64,000 bases of DNA. It comes from a virus. The DNA lies in the IMG/VR virus record IMGVR_UViG_3300037141_000279, positions 1 to 64,000 of that record; one strand, written 5' to 3'. Every line of letters starts with the position of its first letter. Within the stretch, counting starts at the first letter, position 1. Below the pieces are notes generated by a model. That model worked only from the letters and a program-made list of their open reading frames with translations. It had not been told where the DNA came from and did no database searches. The position numbers were made by a program, and so were the translations under genes. Positions 9,979 to 19,591 of the stretch are shown here, piece after piece.

Positions 9979-10061
9979 TTAAACTTTTAGAGAGAAAAGC
10001 GCGCGCTTTCTCAAAGAGAAATGACCCTGACCCACCTGAAATGCGACACGCACGTTGCGCA

Positions 10062-11586
10062 CTACGGCTGGATGCCCATGTCTCGCAGCCATTGCTTATC
10101 TGCCTCGGTCATATGCTCATATCGCTCTATCGGTCTGAGCACACCGAACGCATCATACAGCGGACCCATCAGGCTCGTCATGTCGACAGTGAACCCAGCA
10201 TCATGCAGGCTTCTGATCATCGTGGGCTCAGCCAAGAACGCCCGCACGGTGTCCAGATATCGATCCAGTTGTTCATCCATCACCGCCACCTCCAGCCCGC
10301 CCCGTCGCAGGTCCAGACAACCAACTCGATGAACCCGATCACCAGCCCAGCCAATAGGAATCCACTCAAGATTGCCATCACGTGCTCCTCTCTACGCTTC
10401 TGCCTCTACTCAGTCGGTCAAGATTACCCTCGACATGCACAGGGTGCGCCCGCCTCTTTGCAATGATACCATGAAGCGAATATGGTGCAGCCCATCTGCA
10501 ATGCCGACCGCACGTTGCGCTCACCAACTGGCATAGTCTGTGATGTCGGTCTGACTCCCACGCGCATGCTTTGGACAGTCAACCACCACATTCTGTCCGA
10601 TGCCGCTGGCTCTGCTCGCATAGATGCGCACGCCACTCTGGCATTTCGCATGGTCTGCCGTGAATTGCGCCAGGAGCCGCGCCTCCCCTGCGTTGAGCGA
10701 GACACCGTGCCATGTGCCATCCGTCAGTGTGAACTTGCTCATCACAGCCTCCATCGCCGATAGATCAGCAACGCCACTGCGAAAATGAGAACCACGACAC
10801 GCACAGTCTGCATCACCTCAATAAACGTCATCGTCGTCCCCTGCATTCAGCACACCCCAGGCGGCCAGCCCAACACCCAGCAGCAATGCCAACGCTATCA
10901 CAAGCAACACGCCTTCAGCCATCACAGCCTCCCGCCATACTGATCAGTCCAACTCGTACGCTTGAGCCTCCACCGCCACCAGCGATTACGCTGGCGAGCC
11001 CACCAATATCCTAAACACATCACTGCCTCCCCTTTGCAAGCACTTGGATCACCTTCCAAGTCTTCAATCTGTTGTTTCAACTCTGTAGTCTCGGTGCACC
11101 ACGGACAAGTGGTCCCCCGATTCCCCCGATTCCCCTGGTACACCGCCACCGCATAAGCGCCGTGCTCTTCACAGACTTGTTGGATTTGCATTTGCTTCGA
11201 TCCTCAACTCGCTAGAATTGGCCATCGCATGATGACCAGCCAGAGGTCCGTCCTGCTCGGCCAGATGAATACGTTCTCTGTACGCGTCAGGACTCCCTGT
11301 GCAAATGCCATCGCTTCGGCAAGGCTTTGAAAGTACCGTGTGGTCACGCTCCACTGACTCATATCGCTTGTTCGTATCGTTTTCGTATTCATCGCTTGTC
11401 CGCCATTTCAGTCAGCACGCGCTTCATGTACACGACGGGGAATATCCACATCGCAGCCACCAGCACCCAGAAGTTAATGGGAGGCAGTGGATATGCAGCC
11501 ATGATGATCAAGATGCCCAAAACAATTTCAAGTGCCCACCACTTACGCCATGTCATGACTTTGCATCCATGTTGAGATGATAGCAC
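10062..11586 (-). other. Cluster of short hypothetical genes (10062-10289, 10521-10754, 10922-11191, 11204-11392, 11389-11586), some membrane-spanning
   Basis: Coupled minus-strand ORFs behind a TTGACA-17-TATCAT promoter at ~11577-11605. Confidence 0.5.
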
Positions 11587-11601
11587 CAGTGGTACTGGAT
11601 G

Positions 11602-12030
11602 TCAAGCATAAAATCGTTTCAACCATGTGATAAACTGTCCGTATGGTGTCGTTCCTTTTGCGTGGTTGCAGAGAAAACAACACGGCACCACGTTTGCCAA
11701 CGTGTACCCCAGATTAGTGTTCTTGCGATCAATCCCATTGTACACGAATCGTCCGCTCTTAAACTCGCTAATCGTTTGAGGCTGAACTCGGCAATAATGA
11801 CAAGGCGACGCTGTGATGAAATCGAATTGCTCTTCCGTCAGTTCCCACACCAGTCCCCGTGCTTTGGCGTTTATATGATATCGTCGCCACACAGCATTTC
11901 TCGCTGCGCGCCCGCGTGGATATTTTAACGGGCCTCTCCCATATGGGTTGCACTCTGTGCATCGCCCTGATTGAATAATCTGCCCGATGTGACAGTGACT
12001 GCAAATCTTGATATCTCGTCTGTACGCCAT
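11602..12030 (-). CDS. HNH homing endonuclease
   Basis: PCHYC...YNGIDRKN..LGYT..NVVPCCFLCNHAKG. Confidence 0.85.
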   Translation of the reverse strand: MAYRRDIKICSHCHIGQIIQSGRCTECNPYGRGPLKYPRGRAARNAVWRRYHINAKARGLVWELTEEQFDFITASPCHYCRVQPQTISEFKSGRFVYNGIDRKNTNLGYTLANVVPCCFLCNHAKGTTPYGQFITWLKRFYA

Positions 12031-12078
12031 GATGCTCTAAAGCATACACCCCACACCAGTTAGATGTCAAGGAAATAA

Positions 12079-12121
12079 GTACTAAAGTACTATTGCATGT
12101 TTTTGGTTCTGGGCGCAGAAT
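12079..12121 (+). promoter_or_regulatory. GTAC-N4-GTAC box plus sigma70 promoter
   Basis: GTACTAAAGTAC-TA-TTGCAT-17-CAGAAT. Confidence 0.75.
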
Positions 12122-12143
12122 GGTTGACATGGAGAACAACAAA

Positions 12144-13433
12144 ATGCAAATCCCAAAACAGACCATTGAATGGCTCGTGGCTCGCCTGCACTGCAGCGTG
12201 TCCGATGAAGATGTTGCGCGCGACATGCGCCGCCGTGTGCGCCAGAATCCAACCCTCACCGCATCCTTTGAAAAGCGTTGCGTCACGTACGCGCTGAAAT
12301 GTCACCACGAGAACCAGGGTCTCTATCGGCGCGTTGTATCGGGGAGGCTCTAATGCTACTGGCGGATGTCAAACTCGCTCTGAAAAACTGTGGCTATGTC
12401 TGCTTCTACTGGGGACACAACGGCGTCAAGGTATATTCCGAAAATGGTCGCACGCTGGGCGCAATGGACGGGCGATCATATCAAGGATTCCTGCGAACGG
12501 TGGCCCCCACGCTGCGCCGCACCGAGACAGGCAGCACGGAAGACCAGGACTTGATCATCTGCTGGAGGTCCTAACGAAATCGGTACTTTAGTACTATTGC
12601 CTGAATTGGGCGTCTACCCCCATAATGGTGGACATGGAGATCAACCAAATGACGAAATTACAGAAAGCGCAAACGGAAGTCAGCCTCTTGTGGGTTAAGA
12701 TGTGCGCCGAAGAAGGCGGCCCGACCGACAGCAAGTTCGTCGTGTTCACGTCCACCAACAAGTACTCGCTCAAGTACAACACGGCGGTCAAGAAATTCTT
12801 CCGCCTGAAGTCCAACGCCCGACCGACCAAAGATCGCACGGATTATATGGCGGCTGCGCGAAATGCGGGGGTGCGATAATGAAATCCAACGTCAGCTTCG
12901 ACATCACACGCACGACCAGCTTCCGCAACATGGAAGCGGACGCCACCTTGATCTATCACCTTGTGATGGCGGGCGCGGTACGCCAGCCAGATCGCCGCCA
13001 GGAGGCACGCAAATGCCAAACCGCTACCGCATAGAGAAACATTGGCGCGCTGGTAGGTTCGATTGGTGGGTGTATTTGGGTGACGATGCGGTAAGGGTAT
13101 TTCAACTCAAGAAATACGCTATCGCTTGGATTCTAGCGCAAGAAGCCCAAGAGGCGAAGTGATGCACGACATCCTCGACGCGGCAGGCACCATCATCGGG
13201 ATCGTCATCACTCTAATCTTGATGTTTGCAGAATGGGAGGCAAAATGAAACCCGCGACACGCGAATCAGAAATATGGCTTCGGTCTGCAGCACGATACGC
13301 ACGAAACAACGAACCCGTCGCGGCTGCACTCTCTCAGCACCTAGCCCAGATAGCCCAGGAGACTCGCGACGAATTCGAAGAAATCAGACAGATTGCCGAG
13401 GCGATGCACAAAGCCGCGCAATTAGCGAAGTAG
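12144..13433 (+). other. Rightward cluster of small (early-type) genes (12144-12353, 12353-12574, 12649-12879, 13013-13162, 13245-13433)
   Basis: Short ORFs with GGAG(G) SDs behind two GTAC-box promoters. Confidence 0.6.
12583..12626 (+). promoter_or_regulatory. GTAC-N4-GTAC box plus sigma70 promoter
   Basis: GTACTTTAGTAC-TA-TTGCCT-18-CATAAT. Confidence 0.7.
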
Positions 13434-13715
13434 TGCTCCCAGCTCGATTAAGGCATCCTGGTGCAAGTCGAGGCTGCTGCGCAGTGCCTTCGCCACTTCC
13501 AGGTCAACCTCGCCGCTTCTGAACGGTGCGCGAGGCATTTCGTTTCGCACCGATAGAATCTCTTCGCACAACTTGAATAGGCGCGCGGTCTGCGCGTCAG
13601 TCAGTTCGATCTTGCTCATGGTCGTACCCTCCGTGTGATTCGTCTCTACTCCCAAAATTTTAGTGAGCCGCTGACACCAGTAGCAGGTGCTCGGGTTGTG
13701 ATTGGCAATCATCAT
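13422..13715 (-). CDS. Hypothetical protein
   Basis: 97 aa ORF directly behind the late-type motif at 13714-13732. Confidence 0.5.
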   Translation of the reverse strand: MMIANHNPSTCYWCQRLTKILGVETNHTEGTTMSKIELTDAQTARLFKLCEEILSVRNEMPRAPFRSGEVDLEVAKALRSSLDLHQDALIELGALLR

Positions 13716-13732
13716 CTATGGCTCGCAAAGTC
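13714..13732 (-). promoter_or_regulatory. Putative late promoter GACT-N8-CATAGAT
   Basis: GACTTTGCGAGCCATAGAT. Confidence 0.6.
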
Positions 13733-13814
13733 TTAAATTTTTTGTGGCGGGGCGGCGCTGCAGTCGTGACCCTCTTTAATGGCTCCCGTGGCGTACCGAG
13801 CCAACCACGTCAAA

Positions 13815-14507
13815 CTAGAACTGGTCATTCTCCGATGCGCGCCTGCGGGGGAACTCCAGCATCACACCCACAACGAACCCGCCACCGATGCGCCTGTCCC
13901 GATTGCCGCACGTTTGCGGGCCGATACTGCCGTCGCAGTAGGGATTACCCTGAGCCCACACCTGCCCGAAGTAATTATCCTCGGACAAGCGAACACAAAA
14001 GGGTCCTGTGCACGCGATGCGTACCGTGAACGCGATGTCTCCGCCCTGCATATGGCTCGACTCCAGGCCGCTCGGCGTCACGCCGTTATTGAACTGCCTC
14101 AAATAGTCGAACGACAGTCGCGCAGGACTACCTGCAAGCACGCCACGATAGGTGAGCCCGCCGAAGGCGTAGTCCGCGTCCTTGGTCACCTTGGTGACGT
14201 TGTACGCCGAATCCTCAACGCGCCCGTTCAAGCCCCAGTGATTGGTGAGCCAGATATGCCCGCCGACAGACGCCAGATTCGCGCGACCGCCACCGAGGGC
14301 GACGTGTGATTCGACGGGCGAGAATGTGTCTTGCAAATCCAATTCGTAGTGCTTGAGAAATGGAATTTCGACGCGAGCCGTCACGCCCACACTGGAGTTA
14401 TCAAACGCGATCCCTCCCGAGGTGCCGAACAAGAACCGAGTCTGCGCATTTGCGCGCGTCGCGAACAGCGACACCAACAGTAAAGCGAATACGATGATAC
14501 GTTTCAT
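13815..14507 (-). CDS. Secreted, probably outer-membrane beta-barrel-like protein
   Basis: Signal peptide ending ANA-Q; amphipathic Gly/aromatic beta-strand pattern. Confidence 0.55.
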   Translation of the reverse strand: MKRIIVFALLLVSLFATRANAQTRFLFGTSGGIAFDNSSVGVTARVEIPFLKHYELDLQDTFSPVESHVALGGGRANLASVGGHIWLTNHWGLNGRVEDSAYNVTKVTKDADYAFGGLTYRGVLAGSPARLSFDYLRQFNNGVTPSGLESSHMQGGDIAFTVRIACTGPFCVRLSEDNYFGQVWAQGNPYCDGSIGPQTCGNRDRRIGGGFVVGVMLEFPRRRASENDQF

Positions 14508-14522
14508 GGTCCCTCCCAGGAC

Positions 14523-14777
14523 TTATTCGTTCAATAGTTCCGTGACGCCCGCCAGCCCTTGGTCGACATCGCTTTTGATCTCGATGGGTTGGTCTAATTT
14601 GATATGACGCACGAAGGGGGCAGTGCGCACTGTAGGCCCGAGCCCCATCGCCTTGCGCTTCTGTGCTTGTTCGCAGACAACCTCATGCATGCTGCGGCAT
14701 CGCCTGCAAATCAGCTTCGGGCAATGAGAACAGGACTCTCCCTCGAACGCGCCGCATCCATCACATTGTGAGTCCAT
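14523..14777 (-). CDS. Cys-rich zinc-finger protein
   Basis: CDGC, CSHC, CRRC, HEVVC (B-box-like). Confidence 0.6.
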   Translation of the reverse strand: MDSQCDGCGAFEGESCSHCPKLICRRCRSMHEVVCEQAQKRKAMGLGPTVRTAPFVRHIKLDQPIEIKSDVDQGLAGVTELLNE

Positions 14778-14789
14778 GATTTCCTCCGA

Positions 14790-14990
14790 TTAAAAACAGT
14801 TTAGTCTTCGTCCCGCCAGCTTCTGTATCTCAGCAGCCTCTTCTCTCAATAGTTCCTTTAGCCGCTGCTTGGCGTGACTTGCACAAAAACACCCGTACGA
14901 TGCGCTGCGGATATTGAACACTTCATGTGTTGCTTTTTTGTCGCACGCACCTGCACCGCAGGCGTGCTCGATGATCTTAGCGTATGCCAT
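14790..14990 (-). CDS. Small zinc-binding protein
   Basis: From MAYAKII; CGAGAC...FCASH; GGAGG SD. Confidence 0.5.
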   Translation of the reverse strand: MAYAKIIEHACGAGACDKKATHEVFNIRSASYGCFCASHAKQRLKELLREEAAEIQKLAGRRLNCF

Positions 14991-15209
14991 CGCTCCTCCG
15001 CATGCGCCGAGGCACAGTGAAACCAAAGAGCCGATCATCGATGTGCATGAACCGACCTGTCTTGACTGCAGTGAATAGATAGGCGGTCAGGAACAGAGCC
15101 GCCGCGAGGCCCCGCAGAATCGTTTGAATTAAGGTAACGTATCCCATGTGCGGAGTATCCCACCTTTAGTACTACGTGTCAAGCCTTATTTTCGTACTGT
15201 CCCAAATCA

Positions 15210-15252
15210 GTACCAAAGTACCATTGCGCTGCCGAAGCTGATTTGGTATTCT
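15210..15252 (+). promoter_or_regulatory. GTAC-N4-GTAC box plus sigma70 promoter
   Basis: GTACCAAAGTAC-CA-TTGCGC-17-TATTCT. Confidence 0.75.
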
Positions 15253-15615
15253 CGACGTGTAAAGAGGAGGCAACAGACATGAGTCACGATCACAAGATGA
15301 CGCGCATGGAGCGGCTATACTTCGGATTCACTTGTTCCGCGCAACCAAAAATGGAATTTCTATCGGGCGGGGACCTGAAGCGGTGCCCCATCTGCCGAGA
15401 GCCTAACCCCATGAAACAGGAGCCCAAGTAATGACGCCCATCATCCGACGACACATGCGGCCAGCAAAAGAGCAGGAGATAGATATATTCGCTCGGTGGT
15501 TTGGCGTGATTCTCCGCGACCTGCGAGACAACCACGACCTGCGTCTGAAGCAGCATTCTCACAAACGCAAAGCGTACGCGCACGAATCCCAAATCACCCA
15601 TGTGACGCACATCCG

Positions 15616-16014
15616 ATGAACTACATACTCAAACTCGGCGTGATGTTCGCCCTGGCGGCATCCGTATACGCTGCATCCGCAGACACCATTCTGGATAGAC
15701 CCGATGTGGTCAAGTCCATTGCGCAGGCTCGACATGATAGCTTCGGACCGCCGCACATCGAATACGCTCTTCTTGTCCGCAAGGATAGCGTTGACTTTGT
15801 GGCGGGCTCGGGCGACAATGTGCAATTCACATGGGACCCCACAATCATTACAGTCATCCACACCCACCCCGATGCGGGATTTGAACAGCCATCTCCGCAA
15901 GACCTGCAGATGGCGATCAAATTTCAACAACCGATGTACGTGGTTTCGCGCACAGAAATTTGGGTTGCACTTCCGACAGGAATAGTGTACTGTGCTTCCT
16001 GCCGACAGAAGTAG
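15616..16014 (+). CDS. Secreted JAB/MPN-like metalloenzyme
   Basis: Signal peptide MNYILKLGVMFALAASVYA; E...HTHP...PSPQD (JAMM motif). Confidence 0.65.
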   Translation: MNYILKLGVMFALAASVYAASADTILDRPDVVKSIAQARHDSFGPPHIEYALLVRKDSVDFVAGSGDNVQFTWDPTIITVIHTHPDAGFEQPSPQDLQMAIKFQQPMYVVSRTEIWVALPTGIVYCASCRQK

Positions 16015-16045
16015 TTCAGATTCAAAATCGCTTTTAGGAGGCTGT

Positions 16046-16636
16046 ATGAAAACGATTATTAAACTTGAAGTGGTCATCGGCTTGATTTTATTGCTGGCGT
16101 TTGCAGTTCCATCGTTTGGCGGACTGTACGCAAACATGGACGCCACCGAGCAGTTCCTGTTCGCCCGCCAGATGCCACATGCACCCGCGATGGCGTTCAC
16201 CTATTCAATCTTCCGCACCGCACCTCTGGAAGTCGCCAAGGTGTTCGGTCGCACACCAGGATGCGCTGACGCTGATGCGGACATGATTGAAGCCACCGCC
16301 CGCGCCGCCATTAAAGCTGGTCTTGACCCAGCCATCGCTGCCGCGACTGTAGGCGTGGAAAGTGGCTGTAACGCGTTCGCGGTATCCTCAAAAGGCGCAA
16401 TAGGATATTTTCAGGTGATGCCTCGCATTTGGAAAGATCGCTTCGACTTCGCAGGCACGGTGAACTTATTTAATCGGGATGATAATATGCGAACAGGCGC
16501 GAAAATTGAAGCGGACCTGATCGCACAGTATGGAATAGAAGGTGGTCTCAGGCACTATAACGGCATGGGCACAGGGTCCCCTGAATATGATGCTGGGTAC
16601 ACCAATAAAATCCTGGCGCTGGCAGGCAGAAAATGA
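16046..16636 (+). CDS. Lytic transglycosylase (SLT domain), secreted or anchored
   Basis: VESG...AVSSKGAIGYFQVMP...N...G...HYNG motifs; N-terminal hydrophobic helix. Confidence 0.9.
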   Translation: MKTIIKLEVVIGLILLLAFAVPSFGGLYANMDATEQFLFARQMPHAPAMAFTYSIFRTAPLEVAKVFGRTPGCADADADMIEATARAAIKAGLDPAIAAATVGVESGCNAFAVSSKGAIGYFQVMPRIWKDRFDFAGTVNLFNRDDNMRTGAKIEADLIAQYGIEGGLRHYNGMGTGSPEYDAGYTNKILALAGRK

Positions 16637-17274
16637 GCGAACGAGGGCGAGCGGCTGTCCAAGCGTATTGGGCAGCCACAGGCGTGGATGAGAAACGGCG
16701 TCGAATTGGGTTAATGAAGGCGGCCACTCGACGCAAGTATTGTCTCCCTGATGGTGCTCTTTTTGGTCGATGGACCATCAAAAACTACCACAGCGCGGCT
16801 GGATATACTTGCGTTTGCACGTGCGGCAATGAGGCAATCGTCCGTCGACGCCTTCTTGTCCTTGGTGAATCCCAAAGTTGCGGGTGCTTGGCTGCCGAAC
16901 AGCGACAATCTCGTGGTCGGGAGTCTGCATCAGAAGGAAATCTTCGAGCCTTATTTCGTTCTACCCAAATCAGAGCACGCCGTCAACACCATCCGTGGCG
17001 AATATCACTCAAGAAATTTCGGGCTTTAGTCTTTGAGCCCTGTCACTACTGCGGCGTCTTTGGAACAAATTATAAAAGGTCTGAACGCAAAGATAAGTTA
17101 GGGGCGTTTTATTACAACGGTTTGGACCGCGCAGACAGCACGCTAGGATATATTCCCACAAATGTGGTGCCTTGCTGCAAAGTATGCAACCGTGCCAAAT
17201 CTGATATGACGCGCAGCGATTTTCAGGCGTGGTTATCTCAATTAGTGGCGCACACAAATGGAGAAAAAGTCTAA
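16633..17274 (+). CDS. HNH homing endonuclease
   Basis: CVCTCG, SQSCGC, PCHYCG, YNGLDRADS..GY...NVVPCCKVCNRAK. Confidence 0.85.
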   Translation: MSERGRAAVQAYWAATGVDEKRRRIGLMKAATRRKYCLPDGALFGRWTIKNYHSAAGYTCVCTCGNEAIVRRRLLVLGESQSCGCLAAEQRQSRGRESASEGNLRALFRSTQIRARRQHHPWRISLKKFRALVFEPCHYCGVFGTNYKRSERKDKLGAFYYNGLDRADSTLGYIPTNVVPCCKVCNRAKSDMTRSDFQAWLSQLVAHTNGEKV

Positions 17275-17593
17275 TGAACATCGTGGTCTATGTCTGTCTG
17301 GTTTGCTTCCTGCCGCTCGCGACCGTAGTGATTGCGATCTGCAGCCCGAGGGACTCCCGATGACGCACTATTACACCAGCGGCACCACGACGCCATGGGA
17401 GCACGTCCCATCGTCCGATGCGACTGCTACGCATTTATACCTGGATGCATGGCAGGTGTGGACACGTTTGTTTGACGGTCTGCCCGTCTTCATCGTGTTG
17501 CCTCCGCTCCACACACCTGGGGAGGGGGACATCGGACACCATTCCCTTGCCTTTGCGCTCCGTGCCAAAGAGTTTAGTACTAGGCTAAAATAG

Positions 17594-17636
17594 GTACTTT
17601 CGTACCATTGCCTGCACCATATGCTTTTGGTATCCT
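17594..17636 (+). promoter_or_regulatory. GTAC-N4-GTAC box plus sigma70 promoter of the recombinase gene
   Basis: GTACTTTCGTAC-CA-TTGCCT-17-TATCCT. Confidence 0.75.
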
Positions 17637-17662
17637 TGTCGTGTTAGAGGAGGCACACCGAC

Positions 17663-18220
17663 ATGAACTACTTACCCGAATCCGACCTAGCAAAAGTCTT
17701 CCGCTCCGCGTACGAAGCTGAGACCGAGAAGAGCCACCTACATCACATGGCAATGCTGGTGATGTACTTCACGGGAACGCGCGTGTCACAGATGCTGAAC
17801 CTGAAGGGCGAAGATATTTTCCAGCGTGATGGTAAGTGGGTTGTTCGGGTCGGCGCGGCGAAACGCGGAAAAGTCGTCGTGCGCAACCTGCATATCTCTG
17901 ATGACCCGACCGTCGACATGACCCCGATGATCGCGCTCGCGGCCACCAAAGGATTGTCAAAACTCTTCGGCGGACTCAGCCGTCAATACTACAACGACGT
18001 TTTGGAAAAGTACTTCGTGGCGGCAGGCATCCACAGCAGCTATGCTCACTCACATGTGTTTCGGCACAGCGCCGCGATGACCATCTACAAAGCAACACAA
18101 CGAATCGGAGCAGTCAGCGAATTTTTGGGACACAAATCGCCGTCTTCGGCTTTCGTCTACTTGCAAGAAAATGACGGCATGTTCGCCCAGGACGCCATGG
18201 ACAATCTGGTGCTGGCGTGA
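17663..18220 (+). CDS. Minimal tyrosine recombinase (catalytic domain only)
   Basis: TGTRVS (R), K, HVFRHS, LGH, Y residues; only 185 aa. Confidence 0.9.
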   Translation: MNYLPESDLAKVFRSAYEAETEKSHLHHMAMLVMYFTGTRVSQMLNLKGEDIFQRDGKWVVRVGAAKRGKVVVRNLHISDDPTVDMTPMIALAATKGLSKLFGGLSRQYYNDVLEKYFVAAGIHSSYAHSHVFRHSAAMTIYKATQRIGAVSEFLGHKSPSSAFVYLQENDGMFAQDAMDNLVLA

Positions 18221-18242
18221 TAGAATCCTTTGGAGGTTTGAA

Positions 18243-18776
18243 ATGACAAAATTCAACATCGGCGATGTCGCGTGGCGTGCGCATGCAGGACTCGATCATA
18301 TCTGGATCACCTGCCCCGAGTGCCTCGGCAGCGGGCGGTTGCGTGTAATCCTCGGCGACGATTCCGAAGTCTCTATTGCGTGCGAGTGCTGCTCCCGCGG
18401 CTATGAAGGATCGCCAGGGAAGATGCAGACGTACGCGTACCGAAGCGCACCTGAACCTGTGATCATTACGGGCATCGAAACCAGCAAGCATGACGAGACC
18501 ATCCGCGTGGTATATAAAATAGGCTGCTGGGTTACCGAAGAAAAAGACATCTTCGCCACGCGCGACGAAGCGTTACTCCGCGCGGCCACTCTCGTCGCCG
18601 AGCATGAAGCCGAAGAAAAGAAACGCCTCGGCTACAAGGAAAAGCAGCACAAGACTTGGGCGTGGCATGTGCGCTATTACCGCAGTCTGATTCGCCACGC
18701 AAAGGAAGAGATCGCGCGGGCCGAGGCGAAGCTGGCGATGGCCCCGAAGAATGTGAAAGAAGCAGACAAACTCTAG
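18243..18776 (+). CDS. Hypothetical protein with CxxC zinc motifs
   Basis: From MTKFNIGD; CPECLGSG, CECC. Confidence 0.65.
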   Translation: MTKFNIGDVAWRAHAGLDHIWITCPECLGSGRLRVILGDDSEVSIACECCSRGYEGSPGKMQTYAYRSAPEPVIITGIETSKHDETIRVVYKIGCWVTEEKDIFATRDEALLRAATLVAEHEAEEKKRLGYKEKQHKTWAWHVRYYRSLIRHAKEEIARAEAKLAMAPKNVKEADKL

Positions 18777-18784
18777 GAGGCAAT

Positions 18785-19108
18785 ATGGCAACGATCACGA
18801 TTCGGATTGTCGACCACGACCAGCCTTATACTGTCCGCGAAATGCGGCGCAGGCTGGCGCAGGTGCTTTCAAAGTTGGACGGCGAGCAGACGGTGTCTTT
18901 CTCGTTCAGCGCGCGGATAGAGAACTACACGCCGCGGACGGTTTCAACACCGCGCGACATGACGCACCTCCGCGAGCCGTTCATTGACCTGGATGGAACG
19001 CGGACAGGAAGAATCAACACGATGCCTGCTGTCCTCGGCGCTCCATACGACCTGACTCGGGGCGGCCTGTTGGACTACGCAAAGAAGATGAAAGGACCCC
19101 GATGCTAA
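18785..19108 (+). CDS. Hypothetical protein
   Basis: GGAGG SD, MATITIRIVD. Confidence 0.55.
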   Translation: MATITIRIVDHDQPYTVREMRRRLAQVLSKLDGEQTVSFSFSARIENYTPRTVSTPRDMTHLREPFIDLDGTRTGRINTMPAVLGAPYDLTRGGLLDYAKKMKGPRC

Positions 19109-19323
19109 TGAGCGAACCTATCACACAAGCAGAAGTGGATGAAATCTCTGCGTATTGCGAGACGCACCCAAATTGCCGCGTTCAAATGCATGAAGATGGC
19201 TCGTGGTGTATCGCCCTCTCGTGGAGTCAGAAGTACCGAGGATGGATGCACCCGCGCAGTTTCTTAGACTTGATTCGCGAAGAGGAATCAACCGCGCCCG
19301 TCGACATTCTCAAGTCTACTTAA
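19102..19323 (+). CDS. Hypothetical protein
   Basis: 73 aa, coupled to the previous gene. Confidence 0.5.
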   Translation: MLMSEPITQAEVDEISAYCETHPNCRVQMHEDGSWCIALSWSQKYRGWMHPRSFLDLIREEESTAPVDILKST

Positions 19324-19546
19324 CCCGCTCAATGTGGAAATTGTCCTTGAGGAATTTGTGGTAGTGCTCTCCCTGGCTGGGCGCTGCCATAAATTCCTGG
19401 TAGTGCTCGGGCGAAACTCCGTGAACCGCATACTGATACCCATTCTGATACCGCACGGTCATCTTCCGCTCGTGTGAATCGTACTTCGCTCCGTCAATGT
19501 GACCACTGCTGATCGGCGTGAATCCATCAAATCTGTGTGCTGACAT
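19316..19546 (-). CDS. KTSC domain protein
   Basis: SSGHIDGAKYD....MTVRYQNGYQYAVHGVSPEHYQEFMAAPSQGEHYH matches the KTSC pattern. Confidence 0.85.
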   Translation of the reverse strand: MSAHRFDGFTPISSGHIDGAKYDSHERKMTVRYQNGYQYAVHGVSPEHYQEFMAAPSQGEHYHKFLKDNFHIERVK

Positions 19547-19562
19547 AAATCCTCCAGAAAGT

Positions 19563-19591
19563 AAAAGAGGGGAGCCTTTTGGGCTCCCCTC
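19563..19591 (-). terminator. Rho-independent terminator ending the tmRNA coding piece
   Basis: GAGGGGAGCC-CAAAA-GGCTCCCCTC-TTTT. Confidence 0.85.
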
